Translations under genes and position numbers: made by a program
IMG/VR virus record: IMGVR_UViG_3300031965_000075
Location: 1 to 40,686 of that record
Length of the DNA stretch: 40,686 bases
From: a virus
Lineage: Duplodnaviria; Caudoviricetes
Reading direction: 5' to 3' (one strand)
Shown here: one piece after another, positions 17,647-25,128 of the stretch
How the letters are laid out: each line of letters starts with the position of its first letter
How positions within the stretch are numbered: position 1 is the first letter of the stretch
Notes under the pieces: generated by a model
What the model was told of the DNA's origin: nothing
The model's input: the letters and a program-made list of their open reading frames with translations, nothing else
The model's database searches: none

Positions 17647-18011
17647 ACGATCGACACCGTCACATCGGGCTCGACCGTGAGCGTGCCCTTGAGCGGCGTG
17701 ATGATCCGACCCGATGACAGCTTGACCTGGACGTCGTAGACCAGCCTCACGGTCCGCGCGGCGAGCGCGGAGGTGTCGCCCGGCACGAGCTCGACCGTGG
17801 CCAGCCCCGTCGTCGGATCGGCGTCGATCGTGATGCCGTCGCCGACCGTCTTCTGGAAGATGGCGTCGGCGTCGGCGTCGCGGATGTGGCGCTTGGCCGT
17901 CATCCACATCTCGGCATCGGTCAAGTCGAGCGGTGCGTCGTCTTCGGTCACGGTCAGGAGGTAGGTCTCGCCATCGCCCCGGATGGCCTCGATGTCGCTG
18001 ATGACGGTCAT
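17643..18011 (-). CDS. BppU N-terminal-like structural adaptor protein
   Basis: Start 18011 with a GGAGGAG RBS. 'RGD.......V......DLT.A', 'G...V.L...DT..L' and 'YDVQV' match the BppU/N-terminal fibre adaptor pattern. Confidence 0.7.
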   Translation of the reverse strand: MTVISDIEAIRGDGETYLLTVTEDDAPLDLTDAEMWMTAKRHIRDADADAIFQKTVGDGITIDADPTTGLATVELVPGDTSALAARTVRLVYDVQVKLSSGRIITPLKGTLTVEPDVTVSIV

Positions 18012-18024
18012 GTCGCTCCTCCAG

Positions 18025-18798
18025 TCAATACGGCACCGTCTCGTAGTCGAACAACGGTTCCGGCAAGCCCGGCACGTCGTCTTCCTGACCTGTCCGCTCC
18101 AGGACCATGACCCGATCGTTGCAGAATGCTCGACCAGCGAGGATATGCTTCTCATCGCGCAGCAGACAGCGGTGCTCGATCTCGTAGTAGGCACCGAGCG
18201 GGTGCTGAGGAAGGACCGGCTGATGTCCTTCTGGCCCGTGCCACATCCACACCCGGCGCCCGTTTTTCATGGCGCTGTACCACCAGTGCAGGGTTTCGAC
18301 GCGCAGCCCGGGCAGCGGACGGAAGAAGTGGGGGATGGCGGATCGCTGCCCAGCCACCTTCCGATGCCAGTTGGTGGCGAACGGCTGTCTGCTCGGCGGC
18401 GTGTAGAGCGTGACGCTGACGACATCAACGTCGGGGCCGTAGCTCGCCAGCTCCGCGCGAGCGGCTTCTCGATCGGCATGGATGCGCCAGTCCGCGTCGA
18501 CGATCACGATCCAGTCGGCCCCGAGCGCTGCGCGAGTCAAGGCGAACGTGCGCTTTTCGACCTGGCCAGCCCACAGGCGCTCCGGCACGTGGACCTCGCA
18601 ATCCACTCCGAGCTCGGCCGCGGTGGTGCGGATCGCGTCCGCCTGCTCAGATGGGCTCGCCACATTGGCATCGGGATAGCGGCGGTAGGCACCGTCAACC
18701 GCGACCAGTCGATCAGCGATCTCGGCCACACCCCGCACGCAGATCGCGAGGTCCTCCGGCCTCTCGTCATACCAGATCAGGGCGGCAGTTATGACCAT
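18025..18798 (-). CDS. Glycosyltransferase, GT-A/GT2-like (paralogue 2)
   Basis: AL.WYDE, 'VAVDGAY', 'QVEKR' and 'DWIVIVDAD' (DxD). Confidence 0.8.
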   Translation of the reverse strand: MVITAALIWYDERPEDLAICVRGVAEIADRLVAVDGAYRRYPDANVASPSEQADAIRTTAAELGVDCEVHVPERLWAGQVEKRTFALTRAALGADWIVIVDADWRIHADREAARAELASYGPDVDVVSVTLYTPPSRQPFATNWHRKVAGQRSAIPHFFRPLPGLRVETLHWWYSAMKNGRRVWMWHGPEGHQPVLPQHPLGAYYEIEHRCLLRDEKHILAGRAFCNDRVMVLERTGQEDDVPGLPEPLFDYETVPY

Positions 18799-19580
18799 CA
18801 GAAGGGCAACGTGCGGTAGTCGAAGATAGGTTCCGGCAGCCCAGGCAGATCGTCTTCCTGGCCCGTCTGCTCAACGATCATGGTGCGATCGTTGCAGAAG
18901 GCCCGGCTGGCGAGTACCCGCTCCTGATCTCGGAATAGACAGCGGTGCTCGACCTCATAATGGGCGGTGAGCTCGGCAGCGGGCAGCCCCGGCCCGGAGT
19001 CGTCATGGATGACCCACACCCGCTCACCGTCCTTCACTCCGCTGACGTGCCAGTGGCGCTTCTCGACGCGCAGCCCGGGAAGGGCCCGGAAGAGCAAGCG
19101 GTGCCGGTCGGCGCGCCCGGAGCTGCGGCGGTGCCAATCGGTCGGCGCGCTGTCGTCGAGCGGCCTGGCCTCGTTGAGCGGAACGGGGTATGGCGCCGTG
19201 ATGACGTCCACGCTCTCGGGCAAACTGGCCAGCTCCGCTCGGACAGCCTCGCGATCGGCATGCACGATATGGTCGGCATCGACGACCACGATCCAGTCCG
19301 AGGCGACGGCAGCCATCGACAGAAGGTAGGTGCGTTTCTCGATCTGACCCGCCCACAGCCTGTCGGGTGCCAGGATGAGGCAGGCCAAGCCGACCTCGGC
19401 GGCGGTGCGACGGATAGCCTTCGCCTGATTCGTTGGGCTGGTGACGGTCGCCTGCGGATGGCGGCGGTAGGCACCATCCAGGGCCACGACGCGATCAGCG
19501 ATGTTCGCCATACCGCGCACGCACTCGATCAAGTCCGCAGGGCGCTCGTTCCACCAGCACAAGGCCGCGGTCACGATCAT
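18798..19580 (-). CDS. Glycosyltransferase, GT-A/GT2-like (paralogue 1)
   Basis: Start MIVTAAL at 19580. Same motifs (VALDGAY, QIEKR, DWIVVVDAD); collinear with its neighbour. Confidence 0.8.
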   Translation of the reverse strand: MIVTAALCWWNERPADLIECVRGMANIADRVVALDGAYRRHPQATVTSPTNQAKAIRRTAAEVGLACLILAPDRLWAGQIEKRTYLLSMAAVASDWIVVVDADHIVHADREAVRAELASLPESVDVITAPYPVPLNEARPLDDSAPTDWHRRSSGRADRHRLLFRALPGLRVEKRHWHVSGVKDGERVWVIHDDSGPGLPAAELTAHYEVEHRCLFRDQERVLASRAFCNDRTMIVEQTGQEDDLPGLPEPIFDYRTLPF

Positions 19581-19632
19581 GCGACGGCCTCCGCCCGGTA
19601 GCATGCCACCGCCGACGAGTCCCGCTCGATGG

Positions 19633-20520
19633 TCATTTCGATGGGCTCAGGTGACTGAATGTCTCGGTGACGCCGTGCTGCTGGTACCAGGCCACCGCCT
19701 TGGCGATGCCCTCCTCCAGCGTCGTGCGGGCAGTCCATCCGAACTCACGCTTCGTCTCGGACGGATCCAGTAGCAGGGTGGCCACGTCATCCGGTCTACG
19801 CGGGATGACCTCGGGGTCCGGCACCTCCGCGCCCATTGCCGACCGCACCGCAGCGAAGACCTCAGCGATGCTGTAGTCCGACCCTGACGAGACGTGATAG
19901 ACGCCATGGCCTTGGCTGGCTGCGTTGACTGCCACCCAGACCAGGTCATCGACGTACACGAAGTCCCGTCGGCTATCGACAACCGTGCAGGGCTTTCCTT
20001 CGGTCAGACGCTGGTAGAAGGTCGGGATCGGACCTGACAGGTTGCGCGGGCCGTAGATGTTGGCCAGTCGGAGGGAGACGTAATCCAGCCCGGAGTCGCG
20101 GATGTAGCCCTCGCCGGCCGTCTTGCTGACCGGGTAGGAGCCGTGCGGATCGAGCGCCGCATCCACCCGCACTGGGCTGTGGGGATGGGTGCCGTAGCAC
20201 AGCGAGGTCTGGAAGTAGATCAGCCTGGCGTTCGAGCGCAATGCCGCGCGGACGACTTCGATGGTGCCCAGCACGTTGGTCCGGGCGTCCTGCTCCCACG
20301 CTCCGCGATCTCGGTACGACGCGGCGCAGTGATAGACGAGATCGAAGGACTCTCCCGGCAGGTCGGTCAGGATGTCTCCGACGATCAGCTCGCCGGGGTA
20401 GTTGTCGGCGCGGCCGGTCGAGAGGTTGTCGATGCCGACCACCTCGTGCCCGTGGTGCAGCATCGCCTCGGCCAACCGCGATCCGATGAAGCCCGCAGCC
20501 CCGGTGATGAGGACCTTCAT
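19633..20520 (-). CDS. NAD-dependent nucleotide-sugar epimerase/dehydratase (extended SDR, WbmG/WbmH-like)
   Basis: Start MKVLITGAAGFIG at 20520. YPVSK catalytic motif. 'H.AASY.D...W..D..TN', 'IYFQTSLCYG' and 'RLANIYGPRNLSGPIPTFYQRL' recall the WbmH-like subgroup. Confidence 0.9.
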   Translation of the reverse strand: MKVLITGAAGFIGSRLAEAMLHHGHEVVGIDNLSTGRADNYPGELIVGDILTDLPGESFDLVYHCAASYRDRGAWEQDARTNVLGTIEVVRAALRSNARLIYFQTSLCYGTHPHSPVRVDAALDPHGSYPVSKTAGEGYIRDSGLDYVSLRLANIYGPRNLSGPIPTFYQRLTEGKPCTVVDSRRDFVYVDDLVWVAVNAASQGHGVYHVSSGSDYSIAEVFAAVRSAMGAEVPDPEVIPRRPDDVATLLLDPSETKREFGWTARTTLEEGIAKAVAWYQQHGVTETFSHLSPSK

Positions 20521-21359
20521 GCCACCGCCGCCTGACGGTCCCTGAACATGTCGTACCACCAGCGCCGGTCCCACGGGGTCCCCGGGTCGGGCAGGTAGCC
20601 GATCCGGTCGCCGACGAAGCCACGCACCGGCTCCCGCTGCGCCCACAGCGCATAGGGCGCGGGGAAGCCCATCTTGTCGGTGCGGTCGATGATGGCGGCG
20701 GGCACGATGCCGCGCACGGCCTCGCGCAGGTGGCGCTTTCCGACCCGCTGGCGCGGGGGAAGGGCCAGCGCGTAGGCGACGATGGACTGATCGGTGAAGG
20801 GTGCCCGCGCCTCGATCCCGTGGGCAGCGCACATCTGATCGTCCACGGCCAGCAGGTCAGGCAGGCGCTCGAGGTCCCATGCCAGCGCCGCGGCGAGATC
20901 GTGCACAGGGTAGCCGGGCGGGACCTGGTAGTGCTCGTAACCGTCCATCGGGGGCTCACCGGCCGCGATCAGGGTGCGGGCGTAGCCACCGAACAGCTCG
21001 TCGCTGCCCTCTCCGGACAGCATGATCGCGATGCCCTGCGCCGCGGCGAAGCGGGCCACCATGTACTGCCCGAAGGTGCCCATCCCCTGGATCGGAGGCC
21101 GGACGTGGGCTGCCATCGCATCGAAGTGCTCGACGAAGTCCTCCGGGGTGATCTGGATCTCGTGGTGCTGGCCCGCACCGACCAGGCGAGCAAAGCGCCG
21201 CTCGTCGAAGCCGGGCTCGTCGTACCAGCCGGTGAAGGTCGGGAAGGGCGCGGCGATGGCCGTCACGGTGGAGGAGTCCAGGCCGCCCGACAAGGCGATG
21301 CCGGTGTGCGGACCGATGCGCGCCTCGACAGCATGCCGGATCAGGTTGACCAGTCTCAT
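20517..21359 (-). CDS. Asparagine synthase-like ATP-dependent amidase (synthetase domain only)
   Basis: LSGGLDSS PP-loop, LSGEGSDELFGGY, GIEARAPF, KMGF; no N-terminal Cys-1 glutaminase domain (280 aa). Confidence 0.9.
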   Translation of the reverse strand: MRLVNLIRHAVEARIGPHTGIALSGGLDSSTVTAIAAPFPTFTGWYDEPGFDERRFARLVGAGQHHEIQITPEDFVEHFDAMAAHVRPPIQGMGTFGQYMVARFAAAQGIAIMLSGEGSDELFGGYARTLIAAGEPPMDGYEHYQVPPGYPVHDLAAALAWDLERLPDLLAVDDQMCAAHGIEARAPFTDQSIVAYALALPPRQRVGKRHLREAVRGIVPAAIIDRTDKMGFPAPYALWAQREPVRGFVGDRIGYLPDPGTPWDRRWWYDMFRDRQAAVA

Positions 21360-21832
21360 GTGCCGGTGCCTCGCTCCCAGACGTCGAGCGGATCGGCGGC
21401 GTCGCGCTCCTGTCTGGTGTGAAGGCCGGTGCGGGCCGCTGGCGTCAGGCCGAGCTCGCGGGCGAACTGGCGCATCAGGTCGGCGTTGTCGCGCACGATC
21501 TGGTGCAGCGGGTTCTTGACGAGCTCGCCCGAGCGCTGCCCGCGGACCAGCGGCCCGGAGTCCTCCAGCATCTTTGCCGCATACTTGTACCGAGCCACGG
21601 CCTCGCAGTAGGCGCGCAACGCATCGGCATCGACGGCCGTCAGGACGCCCGTGCCGCCGAAGTCGCGCATGATCCGGCGCCAGATGATGGCGGCGGCGGC
21701 GCTGAGGTCCGCCGGGCGCTTCGGGCGGTTGGCACGCGGCTGCGGCTCGTCCCGGTTCAGGCGCGCCTTGCGGCGCTCGCCGTGCAGGATCTTGAGCTTG
21801 GTCGGCATCGGCTGCGGTCCGCGTCTACCCAA
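21356..21832 (-). CDS. terS: Terminase small subunit (P27 family)
   Basis: 'RGP.P.PT.LK.L.G', 'L..YC', 'KNP', 'ELGLTPAAR'. Confidence 0.95.
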   Translation of the reverse strand: MGRRGPQPMPTKLKILHGERRKARLNRDEPQPRANRPKRPADLSAAAAIIWRRIMRDFGGTGVLTAVDADALRAYCEAVARYKYAAKMLEDSGPLVRGQRSGELVKNPLHQIVRDNADLMRQFARELGLTPAARTGLHTRQERDAADPLDVWERGTGT

Positions 21833-22337
21833 AACTCAGTCCTCCGGTGCGCCGCACCGCTGGCGGCCGCTGCCACCAATGCGGTTCGTTATCGCCCTTC
21901 TCGATGTTGCAGCGGAGGTGCGCCGCTGCAAGGTTCGACGGGTCGTGGCTCCCGTTCATCGCAATCGGGACAACATGGTCCACGGTCGGTGAGAGCGGGT
22001 GCGGTCTCTTGCGACTCTGCGCGATGGCAACTCCGCAGAGGTAGCAGATCCAGTTGTCGCGGTCTAGGATGGCGATCCGCAACCTAGCGGACAGGGCATG
22101 ACGCTTCCTCGTCAGTCCCGCGTTACGGGTGTTGTGCCACATCGCATAGCACAGGCGCGAGCAGAAGGTGGCGTTCGGCTGGCGAGCCGAGAAGGATTGG
22201 CCGCATCGCTTGCAGTCCAGCGGACCGGCCCCGGCTAGATTCCGGCTGGCAACCGCAGCACACTCGGGTGAGTGATACCGGGCGCGTCGGCGCTTGCGGC
22301 GGAAGGTCACCCCGCAACCGATGCAGGCGATGACCAT
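21825..22337 (-). CDS. Zinc-finger HNH endonuclease
   Basis: CxxC repeats, 'RDNWICYLCG', 'DHVVP...GSH...NL..AH..CN..K'. An alternative coupled start exists at ATG 22475. Confidence 0.88.
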   Translation of the reverse strand: MVIACIGCGVTFRRKRRRARYHSPECAAVASRNLAGAGPLDCKRCGQSFSARQPNATFCSRLCYAMWHNTRNAGLTRKRHALSARLRIAILDRDNWICYLCGVAIAQSRKRPHPLSPTVDHVVPIAMNGSHDPSNLAAAHLRCNIEKGDNEPHWWQRPPAVRRTGGLSFG

Positions 22338-22474
22338 TGGCAGGCCATCAGAGCGACGATCCCTCCCCGCATGGCGCGGCGATGCCGGGGTCGGTCCAGC
22401 CGCCCCGGCTCGTGCCGCTTGCCCGCTGGCCAGCCTCGCCACGGGGCTCTTTCGCGGGTGTTCCATTCGGCCCA

Positions 22475-22555
22475 TCAGCGCCTCCGGTAGATCAGCATCA
22501 GGGCGACGACGCACAGGGCGACCACCACCAGGGCGATCGCGTCGGCGTTGTTCAT
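22475..22555 (-). CDS. 26-aa single-pass membrane peptide (lysis cassette)
   Basis: MNNADAIALVVVALCVVALMLIYRRR*; ATGA overlap with the holin stop; below the ORF-track cutoff. Confidence 0.55.
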   Translation of the reverse strand: MNNADAIALVVVALCVVALMLIYRRR

Positions 22556-22842
22556 CCCTGCCAGCCTTCGGGTGGCACTCCGATATCGACCGGGGTACCG
22601 GCTGGCAGATTGGTGGCCGCATTGGCGATCTTCTGTACCGTGGCCGGGGCAAACGCGAAGCGGCGGATCAGCTCGGCGATGACGAAGCCGGTCAGCAGGC
22701 TGATGGCCGCCAGCACGTCGGCCGACAGCACAATGCCCACCCGCTCGGCCAACTTGAGGGCTACCGCTACTGCCAGCGATGAGCCGTAGCCCACGAAGCG
22801 GGCGGGGTCCTTGGCAAGGATGTTGCGGATGAAGTCGAGCAT
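22552..22842 (-). CDS. Putative holin
   Basis: Start MLDFIRN after GAGGAGG; two hydrophobic helices; directly downstream of the endolysin. Confidence 0.65.
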   Translation of the reverse strand: MLDFIRNILAKDPARFVGYGSSLAVAVALKLAERVGIVLSADVLAAISLLTGFVIAELIRRFAFAPATVQKIANAATNLPAGTPVDIGVPPEGWQG

Positions 22843-22852
22843 GGGTTCCTCC

Positions 22853-23824
22853 TCAGATGGCGCGGATCGCCGCGCTGGCGGCTGTTTCGGCAGCCTGTTT
22901 GGTAGCGTTCTTGACGCGATTTCCCTCATCCCTCTTGGCCTCGTCGAGGTCAGCCTGGCTATAGGGAGTGCTATCGGGTGGGGCCACGGGTGCCGGTGCC
23001 AGCGTGACTTGGCTGATCGGGATGTACAGGCCGGCGTAGACGCCGTTGGAGCCGAGGTAGAAGGTGCCCTGCGGCGCGCGCAGCGGAACCTGGCTGATGA
23101 CCGCGACACCCTTGGCGCTGGCGCTCGACCCGGTGGCGAAGGTCTGCGTCTTGACCGGCGTGGCCGAGGTTGGGCTGTAGCCGTGGACGGTGGCACCGGG
23201 CGCGATGCTGAACAGGCGCGGCCCCTCGGGGAACAGGGTCAGTTCGATGGTGGTCACGGAGTCCTCCTGCAGCGGCGCCACGGTGTGCCCGTTGGCCGCA
23301 AATGCGTTGACGTAGAGGGCGAGGTTGTATTTGCTCACCCACTCGCCGTTGTAGGTGCCAGCCGGGCCCAACGGGTCGCACCACCACACCCGGTCGGTGG
23401 CGTCCAGCCGGAAGGCGGTCACCTGGTGGATGCCGGTGAAGCTCGGAAGGTGCCGACGCAGGGTGTGGCCGGCGGGGAAGGCGCCCATGCGACCCTGTAC
23501 GCAGGCAGCGGTACCGGGGACGAGGGCTGCCCACAGGGCGGCGAAGCCGACGGCCTTGGTGCCCGAGAAGCCGTACCGCTTGCCCAGGCCAGCTCGTACC
23601 ACGTCGATGGTGGCGCCACCCGACGGTCCGAGGCCCGCATCGGCGCGCAGTGCCTCGGCCTCGACGTGAGTGGCGGGGATGGCCGGATTGCGGACCACGC
23701 GCGCCCACTCGACGGCGGTGTCGAAGGCGCAGTCCTCCCACAGCGCATCGTCATACCGGCCATCGGGCCAGTAGTGGGCTCCCTCGCGCTCACTGATGTG
23801 GACGTGACTGGTGGGCAGGTTCAC
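22853..23824 (-). CDS. Putative endolysin, papain-fold C39-like cysteine peptidase
   Basis: Triad-like motifs EDCA (Cys), GIHQV (His), WWCDPL (Asp); beta-rich C-terminal domain and coiled-coil tail; GGAGG RBS; flanked by membrane proteins. Confidence 0.65.
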   Translation of the reverse strand: MNLPTSHVHISEREGAHYWPDGRYDDALWEDCAFDTAVEWARVVRNPAIPATHVEAEALRADAGLGPSGGATIDVVRAGLGKRYGFSGTKAVGFAALWAALVPGTAACVQGRMGAFPAGHTLRRHLPSFTGIHQVTAFRLDATDRVWWCDPLGPAGTYNGEWVSKYNLALYVNAFAANGHTVAPLQEDSVTTIELTLFPEGPRLFSIAPGATVHGYSPTSATPVKTQTFATGSSASAKGVAVISQVPLRAPQGTFYLGSNGVYAGLYIPISQVTLAPAPVAPPDSTPYSQADLDEAKRDEGNRVKNATKQAAETAASAAIRAI

Positions 23825-23936
23825 GGTCTCCTCCAGGTGAACGGAGCCGGAAGGGGTCGGGCCACCACCGTCCGGCTCCGAATGAGTGCGGGGGCGGCGG
23901 TGCCCGTCGTGCCGGCTGCGTAGATCAGGTTGGCCA

Positions 23937-24359
23937 TCAGTGCGCCACCAGGTCGATGCGGATGTTGCCCAGGAAGGTGAGCAGGGTCAGCGCGGCGGTG
24001 GCGATCAGCTTCCAGTTGCGGCCGGCCAGGTCGATTCCCCAGCGCACCAGGCCCAGCGCTCCCTGGCGCCGCGCCATGTCGAGGTCGTAGCCGTTCAACC
24101 GCCCGACGAGCTCGCCGTACTTCTCCTGCGACCAGGCGTCGTGGCTGGCATGGACCTGAACGTGGCCGCCTACGAAGCCCTCGAAATCGTCGCGCACGTC
24201 CCGGATGTCGGTCGTCACGCGGCCCTCCATGGCGCGCAGATCGGTGCGGATGCCCTCGGCCACGGTGAGGATGTCGCCCAGGCTGGGGGGCCCGTTGGCG
24301 GCGGCCTCGCCGGCCCGGCGCTGTGGGCCATCCCCTTCCGGGGCGCGCTCATCGGTCAC
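23937..24359 (-). CDS. Coiled-coil protein with C-terminal membrane segment (lysis cassette)
   Basis: 140 aa, helical, hydrophobic C-terminus; first gene after attP. Confidence 0.55.
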   Translation of the reverse strand: MTDERAPEGDGPQRRAGEAAANGPPSLGDILTVAEGIRTDLRAMEGRVTTDIRDVRDDFEGFVGGHVQVHASHDAWSQEKYGELVGRLNGYDLDMARRQGALGLVRWGIDLAGRNWKLIATAALTLLTFLGNIRIDLVAH

Positions 24360-24414
24360 CGGAGGATGTAGGACGTTTGTAGGACAGAGGTGCCCATCGG
24401 GGGCTCTTATACCA

Positions 24415-24581
24415 CGGTGACTCCCGGCGTGACTACCTTTCGCGCAGATTCAGCACGAAAGCGGGCGGCTGTTAACCGCTTGGTCGTAGGTTCGAGTCCT
24501 ACCGCCGGAGCCACATCCACGCTCATGTAGACGACGCTGGCCTACGCTGCACGACGCGGCGGTGACTACTCGGTGACTCCC
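24415..24581. repeat. Integrase arm-type direct repeats flanking the att core
   Basis: CGGTGACTCCC (24415-24425), CGTGACTACC (24428-24437), CGGTGACTACT (24560-24570), CGGTGACTCCC (24571-24581). Confidence 0.75.
24460..24513 (+). other. attP core: 3' portion of tRNA-Asn(GTT)
   Basis: GGCGG-CTGTTAA-CCGCT anticodon arm, GTAGG-TTCGAGT-CCTAC T-arm, CGCCGGAGCCA end; no proper D-arm or 5' half; about 0.6 kb downstream of the integrase. Confidence 0.9.
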
Positions 24582-24853
24582 TCGGAGCTCGGTGCCCAGG
24601 CCGCGGTCTTCCCATCCGCCGTGCGGACGTAGCGACCAGGCAGCCAGCCGGCCAGCGACGGCGCCACGTTGACGTTCCAGGTCTCATGCCAGTCGGGCTC
24701 CAACGCCGGCGCATCGGGCTTCACGATCCACCCATCCATCGGCCCGCCATGGAGCACGACCGAGTCGGGTACCGGATGCTGCAAGCCGCCGCCCTTGACC
24801 ATGCGCTTGACGGTGGCCTTCAGGTGGCGGCGCTGGGCGCGGTTCATGGTCAT
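24566..24853 (-). CDS. Hypothetical protein
   Basis: 95 aa, ATGA-coupled; NRAQRR and L.GGP.DG motifs common in small phage proteins. Confidence 0.6.
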   Translation of the reverse strand: MTMNRAQRRHLKATVKRMVKGGGLQHPVPDSVVLHGGPMDGWIVKPDAPALEPDWHETWNVNVAPSLAGWLPGRYVRTADGKTAAWAPSSEGVTE

Positions 24854-25128
24854 TCCTCGTGGTGCCCGCAGGTGCAGGCCTGGTAGGGACAGGCTGCCAT
24901 CTCCGCCTCGCGTAGCGCCTCCTCAGCGGCTCGCTCTTGCTCAGCGCGCCAGCCGATCGAGATCGTGTGCTCATGGTCGCCGTGCTGGTAGGCCTGGCGG
25001 CCGTCAGTAGCCTCTTCGCCGGTCGGGGGTCGCAGGACGATGCCAGCGCTCCACATCAAGCAGGCGATCCCTTGCGTCATGGGAGCCATGTCCTCCATGG
25101 CCTCCGAGCTCACCGATACGAGGGTCAT
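24850..25128 (-). CDS. Hypothetical protein
   Basis: Start at 25128 overlaps the integrase stop (ATGA); Cys/His C-terminus. Confidence 0.55.
   Translation of the reverse strand: MTLVSVSSEAMEDMAPMTQGIACLMWSAGIVLRPPTGEEATDGRQAYQHGDHEHTISIGWRAEQERAAEEALREAEMAACPYQACTCGHHEE

Noticed and set aside
15895-17907. Long N-terminal extensions in the ORF track (terL, portal, capsid, RecT, GT4, SDR and others)
   Set aside because: The extensions overlap upstream genes and are Arg/Gly-rich off-frame sequence; downstream starts have SD sequences or stop-start coupling.
19577-21359. Lasso-peptide cluster (Asn-synthase-like cyclase plus short peptide)
   Set aside because: No B1/B2 leader-binding or peptidase genes are adjacent, the peptide lacks a lasso leader/core layout, and the neighbours are sugar enzymes.
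18025-21359. DNA hypermodification (base glycosylation) system
   Set aside because: No hydroxymethylase, TET/JBP or DNA polymerase is seen to supply a modified base, and the genes are in the structural operon. Disfavoured rather than excluded.
24422-24513. Complete tRNA-Asn gene
   Set aside because: The upstream CCGGCG could pair with the acceptor strand, but the spacing is too long (~91 nt), there is no D-arm, and the bases belong to the arm-repeat region. It is an att core.
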